A DNA stretch of 16,936 nucleotides from Methanobacterium sp. (GTDB lineage Archaea > Methanobacteriota > Methanobacteria > Methanobacteriales > Methanobacteriaceae). Of this stretch, positions 1 to 10,317 are shown one piece after another. Made by a program: the position numbers and the translations under genes. The stretch lies in the NCBI GenBank assembly GCA_003166335.1, contig PMWA01000067.1:1-16936 (forward strand), given 5' to 3'. The notes under the pieces are model-generated. The model was not told the origin of the DNA. It saw only the letters and a list, made by a program, of their open reading frames with translations, and did no database searches. Every line of letters begins with the position of its first letter. The first letter of the stretch is position 1.

Positions 1-205
1 CGTCAACGTCAGTAGCTATTAAAAGAATATCAGCGCCTTTAACAACTTTTTTAGCTATCATTGGATTGGTGGTGGGTATTATAGATGAAATAGTGATGTG
101 ATATTCCGCGCCTAATGCAATATTCTGCATGGCTCGGCTGACATTCTCCACATCAGAGGCTCCTTCCACTATAATCCTTACATCTATGGGACTTTTAGCA
201 TCCAT
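1..205 (-). CDS. TOPRIM-domain protein, N-terminal part only (runs off the window edge)
   Basis: Not in the ORF track. Manual translation from ATG at 205: [68 protein letters not shown]. It has the TOPRIM motifs IIVEGxxD and LIATDxD, and starts 5 nt after the rpl37e stop. Confidence 0.85.
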   Translation of the reverse strand, partial: MDAKSPIDVRIIVEGASDVENVSRAMQNIALGAEYHITISSIIPTTNPMIAKKVVKGADILLIATDVD

Positions 206-210
206 TTTAT

Positions 211-399
<189 letters not shown>

Positions 400-483
400 T
401 ATCCTCCTTAAATAAAGTTTATTTATTATTAAAACAAGATTTAATAAAATCTTTTATTCATTTAAAAAATAGATTTAATTCTT

Positions 484-1334
<851 letters not shown>

Positions 1335-1351
1335 AAAAGGAGTTTTTTTAA

Positions 1352-2044
1352 ATGGTGGAATTAAGATACTCCTCAGGTAAAATCATATCACCAAAAGTGC
1401 ATGCTGTAGGGGTATTAGCATTAGGATCCCACTTGGAAAATCATGGCGCAGCATTACCCATAGACACTGACGCTAAAATCGCCTCACACTTAGCATTACA
1501 AGCAGCATTAAAAACAGGGGCAAAATACTTAGGAATCCTTTACACAGCCACTGAATATGATTATGTTAAACACGGCCGACACGTGACAATAGAAGCTTTA
1601 GTTGATAATAATCTTAAACTCACCCTCCAAAACGCAAAAAAAAATCTTAAACTAGAGAAAATAGTATTAGTAAACGCTCACGGCGGTAACGACCCGGTAA
1701 AAAATTACCTAAAACAATTGGAAAAGGAATTAAAACTGGAAATAGTTTTCAATAATAAAATAGTAGAAATAGAAGGAGCACACGCTGGCACAGGAGAGTT
1801 ATCCATAGGAGCCATATTAGGAATAGTTGACGCTGACCGATTAGATGAACACTGTCATTTCGAAGAATATCCTGAAGTAGGTATGGTTGGTCTCAAAGAA
1901 GCACGCGAAGCATCAGAAGGGATTAACCGAGAAGCACAGGAAATGGAGATAACTGGCGCCTGTGTGGATCTAGAGCAGGGTGAATATTTGCTAGAAATAG
2001 CTATTGAAGATATAATTGGAGATATTATAAAATTATTAGAGTAA
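1352..2044 (+). CDS. arfB: 2-amino-5-formylamino-6-ribosylaminopyrimidin-4(3H)-one 5'-monophosphate deformylase (creatininase family; riboflavin/F420 precursor pathway)
   Basis: [24 protein letters not shown] and [14 protein letters not shown] motifs match ArfB; AGGAG RBS. Confidence 0.88.
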   Translation: MVELRYSSGKIISPKVHAVGVLALGSHLENHGAALPIDTDAKIASHLALQAALKTGAKYLGILYTATEYDYVKHGRHVTIEALVDNNLKLTLQNAKKNLKLEKIVLVNAHGGNDPVKNYLKQLEKELKLEIVFNNKIVEIEGAHAGTGELSIGAILGIVDADRLDEHCHFEEYPEVGMVGLKEAREASEGINREAQEMEITGACVDLEQGEYLLEIAIEDIIGDIIKLLE

Positions 2045-2139
2045 TCTAAATAAATAAGAATTAATGCTTTGGCGAATTATTGCTTGGTTAATACAATGGA
2101 TTTAATCAAATTCACTAAATATTCGTGAACAATATAAGA

Positions 2140-2475
2140 TTAAAACAATCCACTGAATTTTTCCAATAACTCAACAATTTGTTCTTCGCGCTTACCCCTC
2201 CAAACCACGATCTCTGTTCCGATAACTGTTCCACCTTGGGATTCAATGATCTTTTTCATTTGATTTATAGCCTTATTTCCACCTGTCCAGTTAAATGGTG
2301 CACCTTTAGTGACGAAACATGCTACTTTTTTATCATTAAGCGATTTAATCTGATCCATATATGCTTTCATTATTGCTGAAAGTGAAAATGCTTGTACGGG
2401 AGCACCAAAAATCAATGCATCGTATACATTAACATCGGGTAGAGTTTTGAATTTGATATTTTTTGCTCCTTGAGA
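2140..2475 (-). pseudogene. 5'-truncated flavodoxin-family protein
   Basis: The frame extends upstream of 2415 as ...SQGAKNIKFKTLPDVNVYDALIFGAPVQAFSL..., then loses flavodoxin character at ~2476 and hits TAA near 2540 with no ATG. The N-terminal FMN-phosphate loop (YSxTGxT-like) is absent. Confidence 0.75.
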
Positions 2476-2596
2476 CAGACTTATACTGCAAGCTTTTCTT
2501 ATTGTGTATGATTGGTGGTAAAAAAAATTGACGGTATTTTATGAAAGAGATAGAAACCTGAAAATTTAGGATTAATGAATAAGAAGCTTTTAGTAT

Positions 2597-2942
2597 CTAT
2601 AAATTCTCAAGAAACTCCATCATCACTTATTAAAAAATCAGGATTATCCTGATCAGAACAATGCCCAGCATCCGGTATCATAATATATTGACTCTGTTCA
2701 TCTCTTTCAGCCCATTCCTTCATGATTTTTCGTATATTTCTTAAATTATCATATTCACCATAGTCAGATGTAGCGGAGATGGGACATGATAATAGGGTTC
2801 ATAGTGGATACAATTAGAAATACATCCCAGATCTTGAGTACTCTTCTTTGATAATTCATTAAATTTTTCATTTAAATATTGTTTAGTATCTGATTTTATT
2901 GCTGATGCTTCAATTTATGCTTTTTTCAGGTTCTCATAAGGG
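2597..2942 (-). pseudogene. Degraded alpha/beta-hydrolase, C-terminal half
   Basis: Manual translation across frameshifts: PYENLKKA*IEASAIKSDTKQYLNEKFNELSKK / LKIWD / ISNCIHYEPYYHVPSPLHLT / GEYDNLRNIRKIMKEWAERDEQSQYIMIPDAGHCSDQDNPDF / VMMEFLENL*. Catalytic Asp (GEYD) and His (AGH..DNP) motifs are present; in-frame TAA at 2915-2917. Confidence 0.75.
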
Positions 2943-3159
2943 ATTCATATTCTTCACTAGCATTAATTAGCCAGTAATTTAACGTGCTTTCCCCTGTTTC
3001 CAAATTAAAAACTCAATGATACTATTTAACGATAAATTTTTTTGTTTATAAAAATGATAGTTTTATTTATAATTCGATTCATATTCATGAAAACTAATAG
3101 ATTGATAGTCAATAAATAATTTCCAAGTAGATGAATCTTTAAAAGGTAGATGTTTAAAA

Positions 3160-4119
3160 ATGCAGAGAATTAACCATAAAATACTAACTTCGTCATTTAT
3201 AGTAACTATCTTCCTTATTTTCACTTATATGATACCTGTTTCTGAAGCGCATATATTAATAATAGCTGATAATGACACACCTTCATCTTATGATGTTGTT
3301 CTTAACACGGCTGCAGTTTTACAAGCTAAGGGATATAATGTTTTAGAACTATACGGTGCAAATGCAACTACAGAGAATATTGTTAAAGGCATGTATAATG
3401 CTGATGCTGTGATTTATGGTGGTCATGGCGGTTACATGTATGGAAACTATAATGGTAATGGAGGACCAGCAACACCCCCATTTGCACTTGTGGGAAATAA
3501 TGGTTTCATATGGGGTATTGGAGATGAAATGCGTGAAGGTGATTATGGTAATTTATTCCAAGCCCCATTTAAAAAGAATATACCTGTAATATTATTTGGA
3601 GCCTGTTTCTCCAGTGGCTGGGTTGATAATAATCAGGTTTCCAATCCTATAGAAACCATATATGATTTTTCACAGATGTTTACAGGAGCCGGGGCGAATT
3701 ATTACGCGACAAATTATGTAGATTACTATCAGGGCAAACCAGTTGTAGATATTGTAGCTAAATTTCTAAATGGAGCTAGTAATTTTGGAGATGCAAATCA
3801 GGAAAACTTTGGATTAACGATAACTCAATCAACGGTCTATAATGGCCAAACTATATGGCATAATACTAACTCTTCATCCTCTTTTGTTGGTAACTGGAGT
3901 GGAGTATTCCCCCAACCTAACCAAACAGCGCTTTATAATGCTACAGCTGCTGATGCCTGGTATGATGGATCTTTACCTGCACCATCAACTAACCTAACCT
4001 ATGATGCTCCCACTTCAACTACATCACATCTAATTAACCTATTCCTCACTTATATTTCAGCAATATTCAATTACCTTCAAAATCTCGCCCTTTCAAACAA
4101 CATCACTATGAATTCTTAA
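3160..4119 (+). CDS. Secreted/cell-surface protein, putative clan CD (gingipain/caspase-fold) cysteine peptidase
   Basis: Signal peptide ending VSEA; AVIYGGHG (H89) and VILFGACFS (C149, the only Cys); 8 N-x-S/T sequons; S/T/P-rich linker then a hydrophobic C-terminal helix. The CDS is solid, the function is inferred. Confidence 0.75.
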   Translation: MQRINHKILTSSFIVTIFLIFTYMIPVSEAHILIIADNDTPSSYDVVLNTAAVLQAKGYNVLELYGANATTENIVKGMYNADAVIYGGHGGYMYGNYNGNGGPATPPFALVGNNGFIWGIGDEMREGDYGNLFQAPFKKNIPVILFGACFSSGWVDNNQVSNPIETIYDFSQMFTGAGANYYATNYVDYYQGKPVVDIVAKFLNGASNFGDANQENFGLTITQSTVYNGQTIWHNTNSSSSFVGNWSGVFPQPNQTALYNATAADAWYDGSLPAPSTNLTYDAPTSTTSHLINLFLTYISAIFNYLQNLALSNNITMNS

Positions 4120-4200
4120 ATACAGTGCAAAAATCAATTTATTATTTAGAATTTTTATATAAGCATCAAAATTTAGAATCAAAAATAGTTAATGTTAAAA

Positions 4201-4240
4201 ATTCCTCTAGATTGATTTAGCTCTCTCTAATTAGAGGAAT
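4201..4240. terminator. Inverted repeat between convergent genes, possible terminator or stability hairpin
   Basis: ATTCCTCTA (4201-4209) / TAGAGGAAT (4232-4240) perfect 9-bp arms between stops at 4119 and 4292. Confidence 0.4.
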
Positions 4241-4291
4241 AGATTTTTAATTTAAGTAATTTAATAAATATTTTGATTCTAAGAAATTATA

Positions 4292-4672
4292 TTACTCCTT
4301 TTTTCTATTAACTAATGCTGTGATTCTTTGAATATCATTTACTTCTAAGGGAAAAATAGTTAAATCAATTTCTATAGATTGTTCATCTTCCGATAAGTTA
4401 TTTTGAGCATTTAAGTTAGTATGATACTTCTCAATCACAATTTGAAAAGTCACAAATTCATTAGGCAAGTTTATAGCATAATACTCAGCGATCTGGTCTA
4501 GATAATCTTCATATGATTTCCAGAATTTAGAATCCCTAGACACTTTTTCAAGTATAAATCTTTTATCAGGATATGATAATTCTTTATCAAAAATTGTTTT
4601 ATCTTCAGATTCTTCAACAAGTTTTTCTTGCTCTTCTTTATACTTTTTGAGTTTCATTTCCGGGCTAACCAT
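4292..4672 (-). CDS. Hypothetical protein, 126 aa, acidic/charged
   Basis: 381-nt ORF in very AT-rich DNA with ATG and a GTGGT RBS-like motif; no family recognised. Confidence 0.7.
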   Translation of the reverse strand: MVSPEMKLKKYKEEQEKLVEESEDKTIFDKELSYPDKRFILEKVSRDSKFWKSYEDYLDQIAEYYAINLPNEFVTFQIVIEKYHTNLNAQNNLSEDEQSIEIDLTIFPLEVNDIQRITALVNRKKE

Positions 4673-4822
4673 TATTCAGAACCACTTTTACCAGTTTTTT
4701 AATATATCTAACTTATTTATTATTTATCTCATTTATAGAAAATAAATTTTTTTATGAATGTTACGAAATAAAATTTTGTGTTTTTTATGGACTTTTTTGG
4801 GAAAAAAATTAGTATTTTAAAC

Positions 4823-5353
4823 TCATACAGATTTATCTTGCTTTGCAATGCAGAATCCGCATACTGCATTGGGATTATCTTTCTGTTTATCCTTCACAGG
4901 GCATATATAAGTATTATTTTCATATTTAACCTCAAATCCACCTGGAAAAGGTGTTCCTACTGCATGTATTGGTTCATCTATCACGAATGTCGTGTATATG
5001 GATATACTTTTATATATCTTGAAAAAATGGCTTTCAACTGATCGCTGCTTTAAAATCAATTTTTCCTGTTCATTTAAAAGTTTTAATGAATTTTTAAGCT
5101 CTTTTATATCCACAAATCCTTCATATAGTTTCTTATTTTCTTTTATTTCATTCACTCTTAAAATGAAACCTTTAATGTATGATTCAAGATATTTCTCTCG
5201 ATACCCACTCTGAACATATTTACCCTCATTTAAAAGAAAAGTAGATGCATTCATAATATCTGAAATGTGAATATTAGATGCCTCATCTTTCAGTATAATT
5301 AAAAGGTCTTTCTTGGATAATACGTCTAAATATTCAATATCAGCAAAATTCAA
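4823..5353 (-). CDS. DUF2115 / UPF0305 family methanogen protein
   Basis: C-terminal H(A)VGTPFPGG...CPVKDKQ...CGFC motif; TTG start with AGGTGA RBS. Confidence 0.88.
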   Translation of the reverse strand: MNFADIEYLDVLSKKDLLIILKDEASNIHISDIMNASTFLLNEGKYVQSGYREKYLESYIKGFILRVNEIKENKKLYEGFVDIKELKNSLKLLNEQEKLILKQRSVESHFFKIYKSISIYTTFVIDEPIHAVGTPFPGGFEVKYENNTYICPVKDKQKDNPNAVCGFCIAKQDKSV

Positions 5354-5622
5354 TTATAAATCACCTTACAAATTTTAGGAATCTCTAAAAAATATACGAA
5401 TTCATTACTCTGGCTTTTTAGCCAGATTAAAAATTAAAATCATCTAATCACTAATACGCCAATATAAAAAATTTGAATAGTGTAATATCTCTTAATTCAT
5501 TTATATGGGGTTTTGGTTTGTTGTAATGAAAATCGTTGATATAGTTCTATAACTGATGAAAAACATTATTTTATAGTTTTAAATATCTTTATAGTAATAT
5601 TAAATTCTGTGAGTTTTATAAT

Positions 5623-7038
5623 ATGGATCTATCTAATATAAAGGAAATCAGGCCTATTTTTTTATGGTCATTGCCAGCAATTGTAGTATTTCTTGTAGCT
5701 TTAATCCCTACTTTAAAATATGGTTATCCCTTAAGCTTGGATATCTATTACCATATCCACATGGCCCATCTTTACATGACACAGGGATTTACTTATTGGG
5801 ATCCCTTAACCTACGCTCCTTTTGGAAGACCTATTTATTATCCTCCATTGTTTCATTATTCGTTAGCAGTTTTAGGTTTCCTATTTAATAATAATCTTTT
5901 AACTATTGTACGAGGTTTACAACCTATTTTTGGCTTTTTAATCTTCTTATCTTTCACTTACGTTACATACAAGCTTTATGATATATATGTGGCTTTTTTC
6001 GCCGGATTTTTTGCCATGTTCACCTCTTTGATTAATCAATTTATATTGCCTATAGCAGAGAACTTGGGACTCATAATATTCCCCTTTTCATTATACTTTT
6101 ATTATTTATCTGTTGAGACTAATAATTACCGATATGCGGCTATTTCTGGTGTTTTGGCAGGAGTTATATTATTGGACCATACTCTTTCGATGCTAAATTT
6201 AATAATTATTATAACTATTTTCAGTTTGATGCTCCTTTTATCAAGAAGGAAGATTAATTTGAATCATTTCTGGGTATTTTTGGGATTTTCACTTCTTGTA
6301 GCATCGATATGGTGGCTTCCGTTACTTTTGAAATATGGATATGTTTTCCGCAGTCCTGCTACTGAAGCTGTACCCTTATGGGAGTATGTACCAATCTTTG
6401 GAGTTATATCTTTAATTTTAACACCCATAGGTGGATTTTTAATTTATAAACGAAGGGAAACTCAGGATATATTAATTTTAGCCTGGTTATTATCGCTTTT
6501 AGCCCTAGCCAATGTTTATTTATTAGGGATATCTGTATTAAGTGAGAGAATTTTAACTTTTGCTGTTTTTCCTTTGGCAATCATGGCTGGCTTGGGTTTA
6601 AATTATGTAAGAATCCATTTTAATAAAAAATTATTCTATTGTTTATTAGTGATTACAGTGGCTGGGGCTGTTATATCTGCAACATTTTACATGTCAGAAA
6701 CTAAACCCCTAGTTTCTTCATCGGAAGTGGACATTGGCAACTGGTTTAAAGCGCATGGGGATAAGCAAGGGGTGGTGGTATCTTCAAGTTACTTGTTAGA
6801 CCCTACTATCGTTGCTATATCGGGGCAGCCGGTTGCAACAGGAGGTTATGATAATGGTAGAATTAATGAACTAGATATAGGAAAGTATATTAATGGAAAC
6901 TTCGGAAAATCAGATTTAATCAGAGATAAAGTGGAGTATATTGTTTTAAATATTCAAATGAAAACTCCACCTTATTTCACAGTTGTTTATCAAAACAGCA
7001 AATATAAAATATGTATGTTAAATAAGGGTGTCCTCTAA
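5623..7038 (+). CDS. GT-C-fold polytopic membrane glycosyltransferase (STT3/PMT-like)
   Basis: About a dozen hydrophobic segments; first external loop with DIYYH and YAPFGRPIYYPPLFH; soluble C-terminal domain. Confidence 0.75.
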   Translation: MDLSNIKEIRPIFLWSLPAIVVFLVALIPTLKYGYPLSLDIYYHIHMAHLYMTQGFTYWDPLTYAPFGRPIYYPPLFHYSLAVLGFLFNNNLLTIVRGLQPIFGFLIFLSFTYVTYKLYDIYVAFFAGFFAMFTSLINQFILPIAENLGLIIFPFSLYFYYLSVETNNYRYAAISGVLAGVILLDHTLSMLNLIIIITIFSLMLLLSRRKINLNHFWVFLGFSLLVASIWWLPLLLKYGYVFRSPATEAVPLWEYVPIFGVISLILTPIGGFLIYKRRETQDILILAWLLSLLALANVYLLGISVLSERILTFAVFPLAIMAGLGLNYVRIHFNKKLFYCLLVITVAGAVISATFYMSETKPLVSSSEVDIGNWFKAHGDKQGVVVSSSYLLDPTIVAISGQPVATGGYDNGRINELDIGKYINGNFGKSDLIRDKVEYIVLNIQMKTPPYFTVVYQNSKYKICMLNKGVL

Positions 7039-7137
7039 AATTTTCCTATATTAAAGGCAAATCAGTGGATTTACTTAATACTTCAATTTAAAACTGTTCA
7101 ATAAGTTTATCTCATGTTTTCAAAATAAAACTTTTTT

Positions 7138-7413
7138 TTAGAATTTATATCTCCTATCAAATTTTCTCCAAGCATCAACTATTTCAGGTGAAGATGCTAG
7201 CATTTCATTCAAAACAGCTTCACAGATTACATCAGATTTCACTTCATCTTCTTCTTTTACTTTCTCGGTTACATGATCTGTAATTTCATTTATTAAATCC
7301 TCTTTTTCATTTAATGAATAACCAGCATCTATAGCAGCTTTTTGTATGGATCTCTTGATTTTATCCTGGTCAAATGATTCTACAGTACCCCTTTTTTTTA
7401 TAACAACCGTCAT
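7138..7413 (-). CDS. Stand-alone ATP-cone domain protein
   Basis: VIKKRGTVESFDQDKIKRSIQKA matches the ATP-cone VxKRdG..E.Fd..KI pattern; 91 aa; GAGGAG RBS. Confidence 0.88.
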   Translation of the reverse strand: MTVVIKKRGTVESFDQDKIKRSIQKAAIDAGYSLNEKEDLINEITDHVTEKVKEEDEVKSDVICEAVLNEMLASSPEIVDAWRKFDRRYKF

Positions 7414-7554
7414 TCGTATATCTCCTCAAAACATTTTCTGATTATAATATATGATTTTCATATAGGATAATTTTTTAGATTAAAATATTGAAATACAAAA
7501 ATAGGATAATTATAATTTAAATTGAAATTAATGATCTCTAATAAAATTTATATT

Positions 7555-10047
7555 TTAATTTTCAATTTCTTTAATTAAACGATTGCATTCGAGGATTACT
7601 TTTTTCCTATTGAATGCATAGGCAATTCTCTGCACTGCCTCGAGCATTCTAATGATTGAATCTAGCCAGCTGTAAATATCTCCAGCGTATGCGTGTATTT
7701 CAAATTCTTTAAGTAGTTTTCTGCTGATGTCCACTGGATCCCTCTTTTGCATACGGTATTTAAGGATTCTACGGGACAATTCTGCTTGAAAACATGTGCA
7801 GAAAGGCTTATCCTTACAATTACAGGAGAAGAACTCCATCTGCAGATTTATAACTTTCTCCTGAAATGCAGGATCCATATTAGCGAGATAACTTGAATTA
7901 GATAAAATATCCAGGGTTGAATCTGCAAATAAACGTGATGATAAGTTTATTTTAAGCGCCCGACTTATATGTGTGCTAAGTCTCTGGGAAAGATAAGCAT
8001 TTTCAAATGGTTCAAGATTAACAGTAATCTCCAATGGATTTATTTTACCCATTCGCTTACGAATATAATGCGCATCTTCATGATGTAGGAATGACACTGA
8101 AACAGCTCTTCCATATTTAGTGGGTTTTAATGATTCATCCACTTCTTTTACAAATCCATAATTTCGTATTATTTCATATGCTGCATCATAATCTAAAGGT
8201 AAATCAACTTCTTTATAAGCAGTTCGAAGTTGTGAGGTATTTTTCACTCTGCCTGCGCATACATCTGCTAAGTATTGTTCCACCACATCATCATCGCTAT
8301 ATTCTACATTTATAGCATCCACTTCACTCTCTAACAAGTCCACCGCTACCATTTCCTCATTTTCATCCTCAAATTGACGACCCACCTCTGGTAACAGGTA
8401 AACTTTCCCAAGATCATGATAGGATGGTCTTCCAGCTCGCCCCAACATCTGATGGAATTCATTAGCTGTAAGCCATTTATTACCCATAGTTAAAGATTCA
8501 AATATAACCTGTGAAGCGGGAAAATCCACTCCAGCAGCTAAAGCAGCAGTGGTAACCACAGTAGATATTTCTTGTTTTAAAAACTGGCGTTCAATTAAAT
8601 CTTTTTTAGCATAAGATAACCCCGCATGGTAAGCTGCTGCTTTAATCTTCCTTCTGTTGAAATAATCCGATATTTCATGAGTTTTTCTACGAGAATTAGT
8701 GAAAATTATAGTTTGACCGTGAAAACCCTTTCGGGATATAGTTTGGTGTTCTTTCCGACTTAGTTTAGCCATTAATTCCTCCCGCTCTTGCTCCGACTTT
8801 ACAAATATGAGATGACGCTCCAAGGGAACAGGTCTTATCTCGTACTCCACTAATTTCATATCAAATTCTCTGGCCATTTCCTGTGGATTTTTAACTGTTG
8901 CTGAAAGCCCGATAAGCTGCGTGTTAGGGAATAATGTTTTTAATCGTTTAATTAATCCGTTGAGTCGTGGTCCTCTTTCTGCATTGGCTAAGGTGTGTAT
9001 CTCATCCACCACCACCGTACCTAATCCCTCCAGTACCCCTGCTCTTCCACTGCGTAAGATGAAGTCCAGCCCTTCATACGTTCCAATGATAATGTCTGCA
9101 TTTTCCACATTTTCATCTTTAATTATAAGTTCTTCTTTAGCTTTTATACGAGTCATTCCAACTCTTATAGATATTTTAAGCCCGAGACTGGAGTATCTTT
9201 TTTTAAAGTCCCGATATTTCTGGTTAGCTAATGCAACTAATGGTGTAAGATAAATGAATTTACGATTCTTTAAAGCTCCCGGAACTCCTGCAAGCTCCCC
9301 TATAAGAGTTTTACCACTAGCTGTGGCTGCAACTACTAACTGACTCTCTCCCTCTAATAATCCAGAATTAACAGATAAAACCTGAACCGGTAGTAATTGT
9401 TTCACTTGTCTCATTAAAATTTCTTTAAATTCTGATGGAATGTTTAGATTATCTACTAAGATTTTAGGAATACTTCTATCTTTCTTACTCGCTATTTTAT
9501 CATAGAGAGTTAATTGAGGATTCTTCACTGGATTGAAATTAGGATCAAAAATTTTTAAAACTTCTTTTAAATTTCCTATCCTCTTCAATAAATTTTTAAA
9601 GTTTTTAAAAGTATTAAGATCAAATCCACGGCTTTTAAGTTCTCTTTTTATTTCCTCTTCAGCACAAACCCGGCATATATACTCATCATTAAATAGGTAA
9701 GATTTATCACGTTTTATCAATGTAATGTAACCTTCAAAAGTGCAGTGTTTACAAATCCTGGCTTTTCTATAGGTTATATTCAATGAATGAAGCATCTCCT
9801 CCGTTTCTGTATCGTTACCTGCTAAAAAAACGTTTTGTTTTCTTAAAATCTTTAAAGCTTCACCCGGTGGAAGCAAAGTCTCTTTATCCTTTTTAACGAT
9901 GAATTTATAAGGTCTAATATGATTTTCAATTCTTCTAAGTTTCAGGTAACCATAAAAAAAAGGTTTTCTCCTCCGATTAAGAGCTCCCTTCGAACTTCCA
10001 ATAGGATAAAGTTCTAAAATCTTCTTGTTTCTTCTAAGAATTATCAT
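7555..10047 (-). CDS. Archaea-specific Ski2-like SF2 helicase (ASH-Ski2 / COG1202 type)
   Basis: Walker A ATASGKT, DEIH, SAT and QMLGRAGRP motifs; N-terminal CKHC...CRVC and C-terminal CNCKDKPFCTC cysteine clusters; 830 aa. Confidence 0.9.
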   Translation of the reverse strand: MIILRRNKKILELYPIGSSKGALNRRRKPFFYGYLKLRRIENHIRPYKFIVKKDKETLLPPGEALKILRKQNVFLAGNDTETEEMLHSLNITYRKARICKHCTFEGYITLIKRDKSYLFNDEYICRVCAEEEIKRELKSRGFDLNTFKNFKNLLKRIGNLKEVLKIFDPNFNPVKNPQLTLYDKIASKKDRSIPKILVDNLNIPSEFKEILMRQVKQLLPVQVLSVNSGLLEGESQLVVAATASGKTLIGELAGVPGALKNRKFIYLTPLVALANQKYRDFKKRYSSLGLKISIRVGMTRIKAKEELIIKDENVENADIIIGTYEGLDFILRSGRAGVLEGLGTVVVDEIHTLANAERGPRLNGLIKRLKTLFPNTQLIGLSATVKNPQEMAREFDMKLVEYEIRPVPLERHLIFVKSEQEREELMAKLSRKEHQTISRKGFHGQTIIFTNSRRKTHEISDYFNRRKIKAAAYHAGLSYAKKDLIERQFLKQEISTVVTTAALAAGVDFPASQVIFESLTMGNKWLTANEFHQMLGRAGRPSYHDLGKVYLLPEVGRQFEDENEEMVAVDLLESEVDAINVEYSDDDVVEQYLADVCAGRVKNTSQLRTAYKEVDLPLDYDAAYEIIRNYGFVKEVDESLKPTKYGRAVSVSFLHHEDAHYIRKRMGKINPLEITVNLEPFENAYLSQRLSTHISRALKINLSSRLFADSTLDILSNSSYLANMDPAFQEKVINLQMEFFSCNCKDKPFCTCFQAELSRRILKYRMQKRDPVDISRKLLKEFEIHAYAGDIYSWLDSIIRMLEAVQRIAYAFNRKKVILECNRLIKEIEN

Positions 10048-10317
10048 TAAAAACTTCTCATTCGCAATTGTTTTTTTTAATATAAAATAGGTTATTTCTT
10101 ATTTATGGGAGCATATTTCATAAAAGGTTATTATTAATAAATTATCAAAAACTTAATAAATTCCGATAGTTGAAATCATTTTATCTACTTAAAAAAATAT
10201 CAATTTAAAGAGTTAATCTTAAAAAAATAAAAGTAGAAAAATTTATAGTTTATTCTACCACAATCCCTTATTTAAAGTGTATAAAATTTTAATTCTTTAT
10301 TTAGCTTTTGTAAAACG

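Noticed and set aside
2179..2379. 66-aa + strand ORF
   Set aside because: Antisense to the flavodoxin remnant.
4778..5213. Two + strand ORFs (87 and 73 aa)
   Set aside because: Antisense to DUF2115; composition typical of shadow frames.
5664..5888. 74-aa same-strand alternate-frame ORF
   Set aside because: Nested in the GT-C gene with no RBS or motif.
8130..9253. + strand ORFs 8130-8315 and 8921-9253
   Set aside because: Antisense to the conserved helicase.
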